The position numbers were made by a program, and so were the translations under genes. The notes under the pieces were generated by a model. That model had not been told where the DNA came from. It saw nothing but the letters and a program-made list of their open reading frames with translations, and made no database searches. From positions 5,253-69,252 of the forward strand of contig JACPNE010000002.1 in NCBI GenBank assembly GCA_016185615.1: DNA of 64,000 bases, read 5' to 3'. Of the stretch, positions 62,674 through 64,000 are shown piece by piece; position 1 is the first letter of the stretch, and each line of letters begins with the position of its first letter. Origin of the DNA: Candidatus Woesearchaeota archaeon. GTDB lineage: Archaea; Nanobdellota; Nanobdellia; SCGC-AAA011-G17; JACPNG01.

Positions 62674-63996
62674 ATGAAAGAAAAATTGTTGACATTAGAT
62701 GGTTTGGATGGTTATCAATTCGAAGAACTTATAGCTAAGATTATGAAGAAGAAGGGAATGAGTAATATAAAAATTACTAAAAAGTCTCGTGATGTTGGTA
62801 AAGATATAATTATGGAAGATAGTGAAGATAATCTTGTTCTTGTTGAATGTAAACATCAGAACTTTGTTGGTAGACCAATTATACAGAAGTTACAAGGGGC
62901 TATAAATCATGAAGAGCAAAGGAATCAAAACAGGAATGTTAGGGGGATTATTGTAACATCTGGAAATTTCTCAAAAGAAGCATTAGAATACAATGAAGAA
63001 ATAGGACAAAATATAGAACTTATTGATGGTACTAAATTAAAAGAGATATGTAAAGAACTTAAACTAGTTATACTAAATGGTAAAGTTCAAGTGTTGATTA
63101 ATGAATCTTTTAAGAATATATCTAAGAATCAATCGAAAGACTTAATAAATAAGAATTATTCAAAGATTTATTGGAGTAAAGAACATAAACCTAATATTAA
63201 ATCAAATTTTGAATTTATTCCAGTTTGTTATATAAAATATTTAGTCAAGTTTGATACTAATACTTCTGTGGGTTGTATTGATAGTTATTCTAGCTCCGGA
63301 GAAATTGCAGTTGATGGAGTAACTGGTAATGAATTAAATAATGAAGTTAAAGATTTCTTCTTCTCTAGTAAGATTGATATTGAGCAAATAAAAGATGAGT
63401 ATGGTGATAAGAAAATACCGTTTGAATTTACTGAGAATGATATTGAAGAGAGAGCTATAAATTCAATTATAGAAGAACATACACATAGTATAGGGTATAC
63501 TGGAAATAATAATGTTTCTTATGTAAAAGAATGTATCCCTAAAAGAAGGGATATAGACATAAAAAAATTTGTTCCGATCTACTTGCCTTATTGGGATAAT
63601 AATCTCATTATTAAGAAAATGAGATATAATCAAAAATTTTATGTTAAAGGAAGTAACCAATTTTATACGAATGATCATTTATTAATATGTAAAATTTGTG
63701 AGAAGGAGAAGAGTGAATATGAAGATATGAATGTATGCCCAGATTGTGGAAGGATTGTTTGTAATCGTCATAGGAAAATTGATTATTTTGATAAAGAAAC
63801 ACCAATATGTACACTCCATGCAAAACCGTTTAAGCTATGGTTACAAAATAGATATTTTGCTAAAATTGAGAATAGAAATGAATATAAGAGATTATGGGAA
63901 TCTAAAAATCTTTTAGAGAGGTTATATGAAGATAAAATAGTATTAACACTAATAGTTATATTTATTATATTATCAATAATTTTAATTTCTTCATAA
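62674..63996 (+). CDS. Mrr-cat-type restriction-endonuclease-fold domain fused to Cys-rich region and C-terminal TM anchor
   Basis: 'LDGYQFEELIAKIMKKKGM...RDVGKDIIME...LVLVECKH...GRPIIQKLQGAI' (D...ExK core). 'CKICEKE...CPDCGRIVCNRH'. C-terminal 'IVLTLIVIFIILSIILISS'. Confidence 0.65.
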   Translation: MKEKLLTLDGLDGYQFEELIAKIMKKKGMSNIKITKKSRDVGKDIIMEDSEDNLVLVECKHQNFVGRPIIQKLQGAINHEEQRNQNRNVRGIIVTSGNFSKEALEYNEEIGQNIELIDGTKLKEICKELKLVILNGKVQVLINESFKNISKNQSKDLINKNYSKIYWSKEHKPNIKSNFEFIPVCYIKYLVKFDTNTSVGCIDSYSSSGEIAVDGVTGNELNNEVKDFFFSSKIDIEQIKDEYGDKKIPFEFTENDIEERAINSIIEEHTHSIGYTGNNNVSYVKECIPKRRDIDIKKFVPIYLPYWDNNLIIKKMRYNQKFYVKGSNQFYTNDHLLICKICEKEKSEYEDMNVCPDCGRIVCNRHRKIDYFDKETPICTLHAKPFKLWLQNRYFAKIENRNEYKRLWESKNLLERLYEDKIVLTLIVIFIILSIILISS

Positions 63997-64000
63997 TCAT

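Noticed and set aside
1-64000. Mobile elements, prophage or integrated plasmid
   Set aside because: No integrase, transposase, terminal inverted repeats or tRNA-flanked direct repeats were recognised. Neither of the two tRNA genes is followed by a duplicated tRNA 3' fragment.

Overview
Strongly AT-rich, very gene-dense archaeal chromosome segment. The evidence for archaeal origin is the set of archaeal-only information-processing genes: Orc1/Cdc6, Hjc, aIF5A, Elp3, Pth2, RNase P Rpp21, prefoldin beta, SepF, and RNA polymerase subunits Rpo3/4/10/12. It also carries the conserved S13-S4-S11-RpoD-tRNALeu-L18e-L13-S9-RpoN block, plus L15e, L21e, L37Ae and L40e. Three stable-RNA genes (tRNA-Leu, tRNA-Pro, orphan 5S rRNA) each have a TTTATAAATA-like TATA box about 26 bp upstream. 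Compact spacing, overlapping convergent 3' ends, few biosynthetic genes (only pyrE/pyrF here), GGTGA-type Shine-Dalgarno use and many signal-peptide/TM-anchored surface proteins fit a small-genome DPANN-like archaeon. That assignment is inference; no marker phylogeny was possible.

The main accessory regions are:
- a surface-protein operon at 1-5630;
- a lamin-tail-domain protein followed by a bacterial-type cfa gene;
- an ABC/FtsX/COG1361-like export cluster (45.8-50.2 kb);
- an island of about 7 kb (22.9-29.9 kb), the most interesting part.

In that island a membrane-tethered winged-helix protein is followed by a helically phased TGTTTCA array. An identical 42-bp promoter-like element precedes two large secreted low-complexity proteins. 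One is a 681-aa hyperacidic protein with metallothionein-like Cys clusters and long strictly alternating (Ala-X)n tracts. The other is a PepSY protein with dense N-glycosylation sequons.

Other points worth a second look: tRNA-Leu reads as anticodon AAG (A34) by hand folding; two lineage-specific ORFs are inserted into the conserved ribosomal operon; several SD-led micro-ORFs are absent from the ORF track; a DEDDh exonuclease and a Cas4-like nuclease overlap with no CRISPR array nearby; and tandem FtsX paralogs share a 119-nt perfect gene-conversion tract. No CRISPR array, transposase or integrase was seen.
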